Of a stretch of DNA of 64,000 bases, positions 49,300 to 62,392 are shown piece by piece. The notes under the pieces are model-generated. The model did not search any database. It was not told the DNA's origin and saw only the letters and a program-made list of their open reading frames with translations. The position numbers and the translations under genes are program-made. Every line of letters begins with the position of its first letter. The first letter of the stretch is position 1. Source of the DNA: Paraphysomonas bandaiensis (taxonomy: Eukaryota > Protista > Chrysophyceae); contig CBFFRP010000577.1 of assembly GCA_965644295.1 (NCBI GenBank), forward strand, positions 62,001 to 126,000, given 5' to 3'.

Positions 49300-50976
49300 G
49301 TAACATCCAACTTCATTTTCTGTCATGTGTTCTCCTGAAGCCTTTTTTATCGTCTCAGCCGTCAAATACCCAATGTAACTAAAACAGAGCATTATATACA
49401 TCTATGAATAAGCTATGTATCGATAAAACATTGAAGGGGGAAATCTGTATTATCAAATCCAATGTTTCAAAAGCAAGCATCATTTCTCTTCATCAATTGT
49501 TTTCTGCCCGTTACATCAACGGGAAACACTGCGCAAATGAATTAAACTTCACCACTACATGCAATATAAATAAAGAAAATCATACGCAATATACTGTAAT
49601 CACAAGATCTGAGGGTCTGCAATACAAGAAATAGTAGCTCCCCCACTTACCGACACAAATTCGTTGCAATCAATCTTAGCACAAAATCTTGCAATTAACA
49701 AAATATTTCTTCAATATTTTCCGTTTTTAACGCACCGCCAGACCTTGTATTTACTTGTGTATGTCGTGTAATACAATACGTACTTTGCAGTCAATGATGT
49801 ACGCAATTTCGGCTCATAGAAATCGTACTACCCTCTCTTTTTATCAATAACATTCAACTCCTCCTCATTCGGGTGATTTGGTTGGAGGACATAGAAAACA
49901 CAACCATCTATCACTTATACATATGCATAAATATAGTTCAACACCCATATAAGATACTACGGCTCTGTGATGTTATCATTGACACTCACAGTAAAATACA
50001 ACACATTAATATGCACCACATCAGGAGATGTTTCGGAGATTCTTCGGTCTATGGGGCCACTAGTAGGGGTATTTGCCTGAAAAGAAGCTTTTCAACAAAC
50101 ATAGCAATGCAAAGACTTAGAATTAGAAGCATGGAAAGAATAAAAGCTGAATAGTCGCAATCAGTACCATTTGCATGAAGAGACAAGCGGTGTTTACAGC
50201 AGTATGCCGAACTTTTCAGTGAAAATATCATACATATCCGGCAATTAATACCCTCAAGCTGTTCGTGCACGAAGTTCTGAGGTAGGTGTGAACACTGCCG
50301 GGTACGACTAGCAGTATCCTGGAGTCTAGCGTGAAGTTCAGAGCTCAGATGCGGGATAATAATTTTTCAAGTATATTGCTGTGCGGAAGTTACCGCTACT
50401 TCGTGGATTCCCTCATCCAACAACCGATAATATGCTTTAAAAAGTACCAACCAACCAACCAATTAAGTCCCATTAAGTGCTCTTCAAAATAAACATCAAC
50501 GAACAGTTCAGCAAGGTCACGCCAGCTGTTCAGCCAAACCCAAGGTCTTGTTAGTGAAGTTTTCGACTTTTTCAAAGATACGGAGACATCCGGTGGGGGA
50601 GGAGCAGAATCCGTTCCTTTTTCTTGTGTATTTTCCAGTTTTCGACTAGCTTCATGCGAAGACCTGAAATCTCAGAGTGTCACGAGTCCTCTCATCCAGT
50701 TGATTGTCGAACGTATATAATAATTTGAGTGCGTGATCAATGCAGCAAATAGACACCCGACAACATGAATTATCCAAGTTATCATTTCTAGCGAAGGAAT
50801 GAATATTGAGTTGTAATGAAGAGCACTGTAGGTGGTCTCGTCGTCACTTCCGCTACATCTAAAATAGCTGTGCAGACCTCATCGAGATTAGAGTAGCGAT
50901 GCTTCTCTGTATCTGACTGAGACTCCGACTGCATCGAGTTAGTTATCTCATCCGTTACGAGCGGAGGAGGCATCAT
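49300..50976 (-). pseudogene. Fragmented EF-hand (calmodulin/CDPK-like lobe) gene, probable pseudogene
   Basis: Exon-like pieces VIDKKR..TIS..ELRTSL, IDCNEFVS, AFETLDL.NT and GYLTAETIKKASGEHMTENE need frameshifts or cross stops. Linkage to the ATG at 50976 is uncertain. Confidence 0.5.
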
Positions 50977-51588
50977 GTAACTTCATTGAAGAGAGTGACT
51001 GTATCATGCGGCCGCTGCTATAGTGACAATCAGCTACACTGATAACGACAGAGCGATACTGTGTGTGTACTAATAAAACCCAACGAGCCTCTACGAGACA
51101 GACAGACAGACAGACACAGGTACTGCTGCAGGTGTCAATGTGATATTTTAGTAGGGATCCGCTCTGCTTTCATGTCTCCATAGTAGCGATACAACTCCTA
51201 CATGGAGAGATGGGCGCTGAGCACAGTCGCAGTCACAGACGAGGATACTGCAGATACATACCGCACACTGCTGTGTAGACGCGTACGGATGGAGAGATTT
51301 GATTGGATGGTTTATCCTGTCTGGCCTACTTCATGAATATTCCCGCTTTTTGCAATAAAAGGGATTTCTGTGTGGAATATCGGAGTATTCGACGTAGAGC
51401 AGCATGTAGCTGTTAACGACAGGCAGAGTAGCAACACAGCAGGCAGATTGTCTCACCGATTCCTTTATATGGATCAACACACTCATTGTCTACAGCTAGA
51501 TTGTTACATGCTCTGCATGAGTTTTCGCCCGAATCCTTCTGATTAACCCGCCTCTTATTCGTGTTTGAGCCTGTGGATATTTTATAGG

Positions 51589-52895
51589 ATGGCGCATAGC
51601 TCCAGAAAGCCAGCCATGTCCTTCGACAGTCTGCCGTCTCCAAGCTCTTTTTCTGTGACGAGAGCGTGCGATGATGGAGAGAAGATCAGACTTTCACAGT
51701 TAATGACATCTCCGGAGCAGAAGAGACGTATGAGGGAGAGGCGTAAGGAGTCACTGGATCGACACTGCGCACTGCAGCAGAAAGCTAAAATCGAAGCGGC
51801 TAAAAAATCACATGTTGACCGTACAAAATCTGTGAGTGGCAAGCTGAAGTCTCCATTGAAAAATCAAAGTAGCAAGAAAGATGGCGAAGAAGGCAGCCCC
51901 ACAATCAGACATGCTAAGCGCAAAGAATTGGCAGCCAAATTGGAGTATCTTGAGAAATTACAAGCACAAGAGAGATCGGTAGGACAATGTTGTTTATATT
52001 TGTGTGGGTTCAAGATATATGAACACAGGAAGCTACGATGCTAGCCCTCTCTAAGAGTGTTTTAAAACAACACAAGGAATTATTGAAGCAGGAACAGAAG
52101 AATGCTATTCATGTACTAGCCCAAGTCGAGTCTGCCATTGCCGCTGACATTGCGTATCGTCTGGAAACAAACAATTCTTCCCATGAAATTAAACCGTCCC
52201 TGCAATCCAAGTCGAAGGGATCTAAATCAAGCGGCTCTGAAAGCATGCGTATAGTCCAAAAAGGAACGTCTGTGCCTACCGTTCCATTGTCACCAGTTGA
52301 AGACGATAAGAATTCAAGATCTGGGAAGAGTTCAAGTCTCAAAACTTTTCCTAGTACCTCGGGTACACCCATTGGCAATGTGATCGATAAAACTCCGGTG
52401 CCAGTTATTTCCATTAGACGCCCGCTAGCTTCAGACTTGTGGCGTGATATAGTCAATTGGTCGCCATTTGAACACAATGAATATCACAGCGATGTCGAGG
52501 ACATTGGTTCACCTGTGGATGACAGTGGTACTAGAGATATAGACAACTTACAGTTGGAACTGAATGACGTCAGGGTGGATGTGCATGATTTAGAAGAAGC
52601 TGTCGGTGAAACTGTAGAGTATAACATGTTCAATGCATCCGATATCTTGGATATTGTCAAACAGAGTACAACAGATCACTTACGACAGCAGCAGTCAAGT
52701 CCAGAGGAGTGTAATGTCGACTTGGCGGGACCTCACTCCGACGATTTCGATGTTGTAAACAAAAAAGAAGGACAAACTCACAATAGCGTGGCTAGAAATC
52801 CGCCATCGTCTAGGAAGATATGGGGGATATCGAATGCTAAAGATAGCGATAGTTCTAGCTCATGTGATGTGCATGATGATGAATGGAACGATTGA
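51589..52895 (+). CDS. Hypothetical protein, N-terminal coiled coil and Ser/acidic disordered C-terminus, 2 exons
   Basis: ORFs 51565..52044 and 52038..52895 are joinable by a GT-AG intron at ~51979-52043. Charged helical segment KRRMRERRKESLDRHCALQQKAKIEAAKK. Confidence 0.65.
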
Positions 52896-54044
52896 ATATT
52901 ATTGGAGTGCGTTTTGCTGGTCTTGTTATAGTTGCTTTGCTGTAGTATTATTGTACAGAAGTCTTGTGAATCAGAATCGTAACCCTAATTGAATATTTTG
53001 ACATTGTGCTGTCGCGGGAAAAACGGGGAGGATATCCTATCATTTGCATGAAAATGCAACGCTGTTGTCAGTTTATCTGTTGAAAGCATTTCAGAGATGT
53101 TTCAGACAGAAGGCTCAAGTCAAGTGAATCTCTACGAGTCAGTTTGATGAATTAGGCTCCCTACACATGTATCTTCTTTAAATTAATCACTCCCATCCGT
53201 AGATGATACGAATTATGAGAACAAAATTTCAATAATCGAAATAGACAATAAGGCTAATGTGACAGAATTGAGAAAGGTAATGTTAAAATATATAGTATCT
53301 CTCAACTGATAGTTATAACAAATAATTTAACAATACAGAGTTCAACGACACATGGGCTATATAAGTGAATAAATACGTACAGCTTCACTTGTCACGTAGT
53401 CTGTACTTCCAACACGTGCAAAAGCCTGGTCAGCGCAACAGCGCAACTAATCGTAATATCTCAATGTTTCACAAACAGTGCATCCTGTATTAGGATAACA
53501 ATATGGCTCGCCCTAAAATCTTATTGACACTTGTGGCATTATGAATCATATTTCTTTTTATTTTGAATGGACGTAGTGATGATGACGACGTCACCGCTGA
53601 TGTCTCATTACTAATGAGTGAGTATGAGGGATATTTGGATTGGAGAGGTGTAGATAATCTATGTGGCAGCAATGTGAGTTTGGCTATGGAAAATATTATG
53701 CAACCTCGAAAATAATTGGTGAAATTCTAGTCAGTTTTAGTGATAAATCTCTAGCAGTTCTTATGTCCATTCATTACACATAGTGCTGCCTAAGATACTT
53801 GCGCTAACACCACACAACACATCATTTTCAAAAGGCTTGCAAAAAAGCATCAAAATAAACATTCAAAGATAACAATTTATTATAATATATATACATATCT
53901 GCTTAGCACATTGTATGCATATCCAGCACATCTATATGTACGTAATGTATAGCTTATTATTATATAGCAATGGAGCCCTTATTGACAGTGTTATGGGGAT
54001 GAGGAGTGGTTACAATGAAGCCGTCGACAAAACTAGTAGTGAAT

Positions 54045-54445
54045 GTCTTGTTATTAGCAATAGCTGTGTCAGAGTCAGGACTAAAGTAGCAAAACAATTT
54101 AACTAACTAGTGCTTAACTCTGATACCCTACTATTTTATGCTACGTATAAGCTGCTAGTGCGTCACCGCTTTTGCTCTTAAGAGTCAGAACTACAGGCAT
54201 TGACAGTTCGGTGCTTTCTTGGGCTTTCGGCTTCGTCGTCCTCATCGTCCTGTTTCTCTTTATCGTATTCACCTTCGTCAGCAGGTACATCATCTATCAA
54301 TATGCGTCTTGTTAAGCGGTTTATGAGTAAGAATGACAAAGCGATGTACACATACATCTTGGTTCTAACTAGTATGTCTAGCATTCAACTAGCCACTATT
54401 TTGGTGCAGGTTTTTAACGCCTATTGCTAAATAATAAGACTTTTA
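54045..54445. mobile_element. ~400-bp member of the dispersed repeat family with imperfect inverted ends
   Basis: Left gtcttgttattagcaatag versus right-end reverse complement gtcttattatttagcaatag. 54365-54448 matches 47228-47314; 54095-54170 matches 13535-13610. Confidence 0.7.
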
Positions 54446-55266
54446 ATAAATATATATCTTAGTTTTTTCATGATAACAAATAATTAATTTGTACCTATGA
54501 TCAGTAGCCACAGAACTTAAGATGCTATTATATAATTAAGTCAGTATTCATTAGTGAGATATTCAATAGTAATATTGCAATTATCATTTTCAAGCCAATT
54601 AATTTAATTATTACACAATCCTGAATAGAATTGCTCGATCGATTAGAAAAGTATTGCAATTATTTTTGATGGCTGGGGCGCTACCTTACCATTCCAGTGC
54701 GATATATTTCGTTCTCTAGCCCTGCTCGAATAGAATTTATTGATATTGTTTGTACGCGCCCCGTTTTCGCTCTGCAAACGCTGTATATATATGCTTTCAA
54801 CTTTCAAGAGGTCGTAGCGGGATCACGCAGCACGGTACACCATTGTCAACTATTGTGTCAGCTAAGATCTTTTCCTAATAGAATTACGACTGAAGACTGA
54901 ACATACTGTCGTTGTGTGTGTGTACTAAATAGCCCTTGTTATTGTGACGTATATATGGTATGATTTATAAACACCACTATGATATACTATGAAGGCATAG
55001 ACTCATATATTCTCCGCCAATATTTGTGTACTTCACATAAAAACGTATTCTAACTTTACAACTAACTCTCCAAGCTCTAGCAAATATTAACGAGGTAATA
55101 GTGATCAAGATCTGCTGGGTCCTTTTTCCGCCAAAGCAACTACGGCCTGTGCATTGTTAACCAATGTTAATGGCTAATGACACTAGACAGTCATACTATG
55201 AAAAATGTCCTACACGCCCAAACATACATCGGATGCAGAGTAGTATAAAGCTTTAGTAAATCGAAA

Positions 55267-57384
55267 TCAGTCAGCACACACCTTTCTTCGAGCCGCGTTG
55301 ATTCGGGTTTTCAGGTTTATCCAGAGGATATCTACATCGTTGCGATCATCACTGTACCAAAAACAGTTAATCATAGGGTAATAAGTACAATAGTCCACAG
55401 GATTCGCCTGTACTATCGCTTACCTAGCAAACTTGGCGACTGGAACAGTGCCCAACTCAGTATTCTCTACTCCAGACATCAAATATAGAAGGGTGTTCAT
55501 GCAAGACTATAGATTACCTTCCAGTAAAAAATAATGCAACTGCCCATACCCTACAAGTACAATATGCTTACAAATACAAAACAATGATAGGGCAAAAGAT
55601 GCGGTACCTTTGTACTCCTTTCTTCTAATAGGAATGCATGACAGGTTCATTTTGATCGGAATCTCTTTCTTTATCATAAGACCTTTGGGATTGTCATAGT
55701 AATCAGACCTGTGCACAGTATAGGATTAGGGTTACATGGCCTACAAAAATCCTCGTGTCGATAAAAAAGCGTATACTTAGATCAATGCACGACGCTTACT
55801 TCGATCTGTATATTAGCAAGGATAGTGGGTCCTCGTCTGGCATAAGAGCTCTCCTGTGGTGATCGTCCGACAGAATCCAGAAAACAGGCTTCCAGTCAGT
55901 CGTCAATAATGATCTGAAGCAACCAAGAGATTTATGTTAACTTATGTTTCAAAAGACCCATTCCCACCCACGTACCTCACTGAGAGTCTACCAAGCAGTA
56001 CCCCTTCTCTAGGTAGGTTCAAGTCCTCCGTTCTAACCGTAGTTGTCAACTGTTGACCACCAGTAAAATCAGGGTACGGTGAATGAGACGCTCCGGAGTA
56101 CGAGTAGCGCCCCCCTGGTCGTTGCACTACCGGAGCGTGAGTATCTGGGTTTCTACTATCACCTGAAATGCACCCCTGACACGGCCTTCCCATTAGCATG
56201 TTCATATATACCTTTCGTCTCTTCTGTAGGGGGGTGAGGACTGTATTTCCCTAAAGCACGGCCAGAACCACCGGAAGTACCAGTAGTTCCACTTGATGTA
56301 CGCGAAGTCAAAACAGATAACGGTGGTGGCTTACGCGCTGCATTCATGAGCTCCTCATCAATGCTTTCCATAGACTCTTCGCGGGTCACGCTGTTCGGCA
56401 GCCCGTACACAGCACGTAAACGGGATATGTCATCCATAGAATGGGAAGTAGGCTGGATAGAAGCAAAATGAGACCGGCAGCATTGCAAAGGAGGCAATCG
56501 CAGGTATTAAATAGACCAAAAAAAAGACATCTTGCATGGAAGGTATGGTGTGTATCTACGGTTAACAATTATCTTACAGCTGCATTGACCTCTGGGAAGC
56601 CCCAGTGGGTGTCTTGGGGTACGCCACTTGGTACCGATGGCGCCACACCATCTGTAATCATGAGAAAATACAAATAATATTACAGTTAGTATGAGATGAG
56701 ACAAGTTTGGTGGCATGGTGTACAAAGTTTGATGAACACATTGAATACCTGAGCTTCCTCCACTCAAGAAGTCTAAATCAATCAGGCCTTGATTAGGTGG
56801 GACTTGAGACAGACTTTGTTCGCTGGTACCACTTGAAGGTGCTGGTGGAGGAAGATTGGAACTGGATTGGCTGTGAGGTTGAACAAAAGGATCAAAGCCG
56901 TGATCTTGCTGGCTAAATGATTGATAGGACTGTTGAAATGGAGGGTCTATTGTCGGTGTGGGACCAAATGGGTCAAATTGCACATTGGAGGGACGAGAAA
57001 AATGAGTTGGCTGGGATACTGTTGAAGGTAAAAAGCAGTCCAAACTATTCGATTGGCCAGAAAAAGCATCGAATCCTTGCAACTGAGAATTGCCTGTACT
57101 TAAATTTAAACGCTTATCAAATGAAGTATAAATACATTTACCGTTCTCAGGTTGCAAAGTCGTATTATCAACTCGAATAGGACTGTGAGATAACGTACGA
57201 TGGTTGGCAATGCCACTCTGACGCATTGAATTTGTCTGAGTAGACTGCACTTGATTCAGACTGCAACAGTGTTACATAAAATCAGCGCATAGATAAGTAC
57301 ATACGGCGGAGGCTGCGCACTACCAGCACTCGGTTTTCCCCGTTTCACGGCGTCCAAGTCAGAAAATGGATCAAATTCATTCAT
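55267..57384 (-). CDS. Hypothetical endocytic accessory protein (DPF motifs, clathrin box, folded C-terminal domain), multi-exon
   Basis: Starts MNEFDPFSDL; further QFDPFG, GFDPFV and LIDLDF motifs. GT-AG introns link to C-terminal exons ending ...LWINLKTRINAARRKVCAD*. Confidence 0.65.
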
Positions 57385-57575
57385 AGTTCTATACGTCCTG
57401 CTCGAATATACGCGAAACAGCTAAGTCTTAACAACTTAACAGCAGACAGAAATATACAAGTAAAAACACGGACTAAATCAGACTGAAGTATACACGAGTG
57501 AGGTCACTTGATAAGTAACCTAATGCCGGACCAGAGGGTAGATTAATTAGATTAGTGTAATAAGGAGAGAGCCTC

Positions 57576-58148
57576 CATACCTACCTACCTACCTACCTAC
57601 CTACCTACCTACCTACCTACAGACATACATACATACATACATACATACATACATACATACATACATACATACATACATACATACATACATACATACATAC
57701 ATACATACATACATACATACATACATACATACATACATACATACATACATACCTACCTACCTACCTACCTACATACATACATACATACATACATACATAC
57801 ATACATACATACATACCTACCTACCTACCTACCTACCTACCTACCTACAGACATACATACATACATACATACATACATACATACATACATACATACATAC
57901 ATACATACATACATACATACATACATACATACATACATACCTACCTACCTACCTACCTACCTACATACATACATACATACATACATACATACATACATAC
58001 ATACATACATACATACATACATACATACATACATACCTACCTACCTACCTACCTACCTACCTACCTACATACATACATACATACATACATACATACATAC
58101 ATACATACATACATACATACATACATACATACATACATACATACATAC
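57576..58148. repeat. Compound (CCTA)n/(CATA)n microsatellite, ~570 bp
   Basis: Alternating CCTA and CATA blocks directly visible. Confidence 0.99.
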
Positions 58149-58331
58149 GTATACTGGTATACAGAAGCATATATGTATGGTAGCAGCCCGCCTTCTAGTT
58201 TTTATACGAAGTCATGCAACTGGCAACTGTAGCTACCTAGAAGTCCACTGATGAAGGCTGCGAATTGTTCCTTATTAAACGTCATAATCATGGCATATTT
58301 ACAGTCCTTCTAACCCCTCCAGACGTAAACA

Positions 58332-61019
58332 ATGAATGCAGCAGTGGACCACATACCTTCACGTCTATGCAGACAATCGGACTATTTCCCTGAGTTGTAT
58401 GGGTTCAAACCAGCCACCACATGCGGGCATAGATTAGGTTCAGTTAGTGGGTTTGTGCAAGTATTCTCTCGTGGCTCGGTATCCAGCTACCACCAACCAT
58501 GGACGAAATCTCAGATTCAAGCGGCTACAGGGATTGGCTTTGTAGTTGACCTGAAACTGAGATTGATAATCGCCTATGTAAACAGTGTGGATTCGACTAG
58601 TAAATTACTGCTGCGTCGACCAGACTGTGATATCAAGTTTCACGCTAATATCTTAGCAATTTCCGATCAATTTAACATTCTTGTCTTGTCAGTTAACGAT
58701 GAGGGTTTCTGGCACGGTGCAAGCGCGATGGAGTTTGGATTGCAAATTCCACTATCGATAAATCAGTCCGTTGATCTCGTGAGTTATGCTCCCAATAATG
58801 AGACGCTACATATATCTTCAGGTTCGGTTTCTGGTATGGATTTTGTACCGTGCAACGAGTTAATTCCACAAGAGCGCTTTCGATGTGTGTATGTTAAGGC
58901 TGTACCATCCATCAGCTTAAGTTGCCTGGCGATAATAGAAAAAAAGCTAGTTGGGATAATACCTTCTTCAAAGCATTCTGCGTTATGTATGATTCCTATA
59001 TCACTGTTATATAAGACACTTCAAGATTTTAAAATTAGCGTGCTGAAGAGCAATCTCGGAGTAAACCTTGATACACAGAATGGTACTCTCATATGGCCGA
59101 TCTGTGAGCCAACAAAGCTCGTTCAACTACAAGGGTTTGCTTACTTCGCTCCTATATTTCAGTCATTGGGTAGTTTTTATCTACGTCTTTCGTCAGGTTT
59201 AAATGTGTCCACAAGCGGGGTGATTATTCGTTCAGTACCTGTCACTAGTAAATTACACTCCGTTCTGCAGTGTGGTGATGTACTTGTGTCTATTGATGAT
59301 GTGCGCATATGTAACGATGGTACACTCGCCCATCCTAGATACAACAACATATATGAGTACATATCAACCAAACTAGTGGGTGAGGAATTGAAAATGACCA
59401 TAAGTCGCAATGGATCACTCCAGTCGCTGGTTGTACCGACGGAGCGTCCGAATCTCTCTCCTCTACTTCACCGCTCATCGGAGAGATTTGTTATGTTCGC
59501 AGGGTATATTTTTGTGCCACTAAGCGTTCAGTCTCATGCATATGGAACCATATCAGTTGACGATATCAAGCTTGCATTAGGTGCATTGAGGAAAAAATAT
59601 CCCGAATGTTTACCTGGTCAGCAATGCATTGTGCTCTCTAATATGTTGCCGCATAACATCAACTTGGACGTGTCGTTGTCATGTCTTCATCAACCTATTT
59701 ACTTAATAGATGGTCATCCTATTCATAGATTAGAGGACATTGCTTTAGTATTAGCTCAATGCACAAGTCAGTTCGTGACCATTACGTTTTGTGACGACTC
59801 GGCAATAGTGGTACCTCTAGCGGATGGGTTTGCTGCAACTTATGCTCTGCAGCAAGAGTACAGTATGCCGAATACAATGTCAAGTGATGTAGCTGCTATA
59901 CTGTATGATCAAGATCAGGAGTACTGCATTTCGAAAAAATACTCAGCAAAACGAATTCTACGGATGTTAGACTATACTTTACTTGATTTAAATGCAACTG
60001 ATGCCGAATTGGAAAAGTTTTGTAGCACGGCTAATATGTATCTACCTTGCACTGTATGTGTTTTCACGAAACACGTCAAGTTCGTTCGTACAAGGGTTAA
60101 TTCGTCTATTCGTGTAGCCGCTGTAGCAGGCGGTTTTCCAGTGGGCACTGAATCCGTGGAAGATATACAGCGGGATATCAGGACCTCAATAGCTGATGGA
60201 GCAGATGAGATTGACTGTGTACTTGAACCCAGGATGGGCGATACATTTCCAAGTATCTTGGAACGTGTGATGCTTGACGCAATGCGGGAGGCAGCTGGGA
60301 GTGCATCTCTAAAGGTTATCATTGAAACGCCTCTTCTTTCAGAGACTTCGATGAGATCTGTGGCGGATATGGTTCTTCAAAGTGGTGCAGATTTCGTTAA
60401 GAGTTGTACAGGGAAACGCGGCGAGTGTACGTCTGCCGCTGCTAGAGTTCTTGCTGAAGCAGTTCGAGACTTCGAATTATCGGGTACTAAGCTATAATTT
60501 ATACGCGCATCATGTGCTTAAGTATATTATGTGTGCGATTTGCCAGAGTGTATACATATTTAGTCTTGTATTCTCCCTGTTCATACAATATGCGTGGATC
60601 AAGATAATCGTGAACGTATTCAATTTCTACTGTGTGTTATCACTGATATTTGGCATTGAATTCTATCAGATCATGCATCCAATGACAAGACAAGTAAATG
60701 TCGTGGCCTGAAGCTATCTGGTGGTATACGAACCCACAGTCATGCAGATGAGCTTCTTAAAGTAGTCGAAGGAGTTTATCCGGCTATATTTTCTCACACT
60801 CTGGACGGGTCCCGCGTGAGAATTGGTGCTTCTTCATTGATGTCCAGTTTAGTCGATACCATGTCTAGCTGCCTCACTTCTCTTGTACCGAGTTCCAGTG
60901 TAGCTGCGACTCCTTCACCAGTTTGCGGTTCAACAAATGAAATAGGTTTCACGGAGCAGTCACTGAACGGATGCAAGCGTAAACGGCAGGAAGAAGTGAC
61001 AGGAAATAATTTATACTAG
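58332..61019 (+). CDS. Fusion: inactive Deg/HtrA protease-PDZ-PDZ plus deoxyribose-phosphate aldolase (DeoC/DERA); exons 58332-60483 and 60670-61019
   Basis: Deg2/9/10-like motifs QPW...GIGF, LSVNDEGFW, GDVLVSIDDVRICNDGT, FAGYIFVPLS, MPNTMSSD. Then LDYTLL, GFPVG, GADEIDCV, LKVIIET, GADFVKSCTGK, and after the intron GLKLSGGIR and RIGASSL. Confidence 0.9.
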
Positions 61020-62392
61020 TGTCTAGAGGCATCAGTGAATAGATTTTGATTTCTTTACATTTTATTGCCCAATAGCAACACTTTAGAACAATTTAAGGTA
61101 TAGCTATCAAAATTTCTATGCACTGACTGGAAAATTAGAATGTAATTAAGCAATAAGAGTAGAATGTTGTAATAGCAAATCATATTAATGATCTTCGAAT
61201 TCCTGTTGAACCGTGCTTCACATCTTTCCGAGAAATTAATGGATAGTAGTGAGAAGAAGGCTGAGAGTAGGGAAGCCCCGCCCCTAAAAAATAGATAGGA
61301 TAGGGATAGGACACACACAAAGCAACGAAGTGTGTATTAAGGAAATTTAAATAGACGCCTGCATATGAGCTCCATGCCACTTCTTTACTTGTGAAAGCAG
61401 TACTGCGGCACTATATGGGCAGTTTGTGGAAACGATGGGATGTTTTGAAAGCTTGCTCTTTCTTTTTCTATTCAAGTTTCAATACTTCCTTCGTGGTAAG
61501 TTTATTGAGATCCATTAGGATTTGTGATTCATTATTCAAGTAAGTTAATGTTTACTCATTTCGAAACGTTAAAATATTCGTTATTGAGTATAGGGTGATC
61601 TACTTTCTACTTTTTTATACGAAGATAAGTAGAAATCTATTTCAAATTTCGAAAATTATTACAAAAAGAGAGATATTAGCAAGCTTTGAAAGGATTTATG
61701 GTTGTCATCAGAAAGGGAAGATAAAATCTACTGTATATTGCTCAGTCTTTTCTAATTCACCACCAAATTGCGAGTACATTGCGTTGTCTTCCATATGATA
61801 TATATTATATATATTGTACATTACGCAACCGAGAAGAGAGTTGACAGTGGTGTGAAAGTGTGAAATAGATATTAAATTATACTTGTAGTAACACAGTACT
61901 GACTGAATCACTTTAAGAGATATATCGTGAAATTATGATGTTGTTGCATTGTTATTGAGGAAGCACATCAATCACCAACACCAACATTCTGTTCTTCAAA
62001 ACGTATCTTTAACAGCTACTATATTTTCAGTGTCTTTGTATACATTTAATAACTACTCCTACAGTGTAGTCCTGTATATTCTGTATTTCATTACTACACA
62101 GAATACAGAATAGCTACTAGCGATAGGCTTCAACAAGCTTCAAGTACGCACGTAGAAGTTGGTTGTAGTTCAATAGTAGAAAAGGTGTTGTTGTTGTAAT
62201 ATTGGCACACACATATATATTGTTCGCTGGTCTGGCATATATATAACTTTGAAGCTCTTTCGCAATCCCTATTAAACACGGTACTTACATTTACCGCAAT
62301 TCAGTTTATATTTTTCGAGAAAAAATCTACACCCACAATACCGTATTAATATGCTCAAAGCTTGAGTTTGAAAAATACACTCAGGTGAATTC

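Noticed and set aside
57576-58148. Interstitial telomere
   Set aside because: CCTA/CATA tetramers do not match TTAGGG/TTTAGGG-type repeats, and the tract is flanked by ordinary genes.
61055-61911. Short ORFs between Deg-DERA and SOD
   Set aside because: AT-rich, no recognisable motifs, interrupted by stops.
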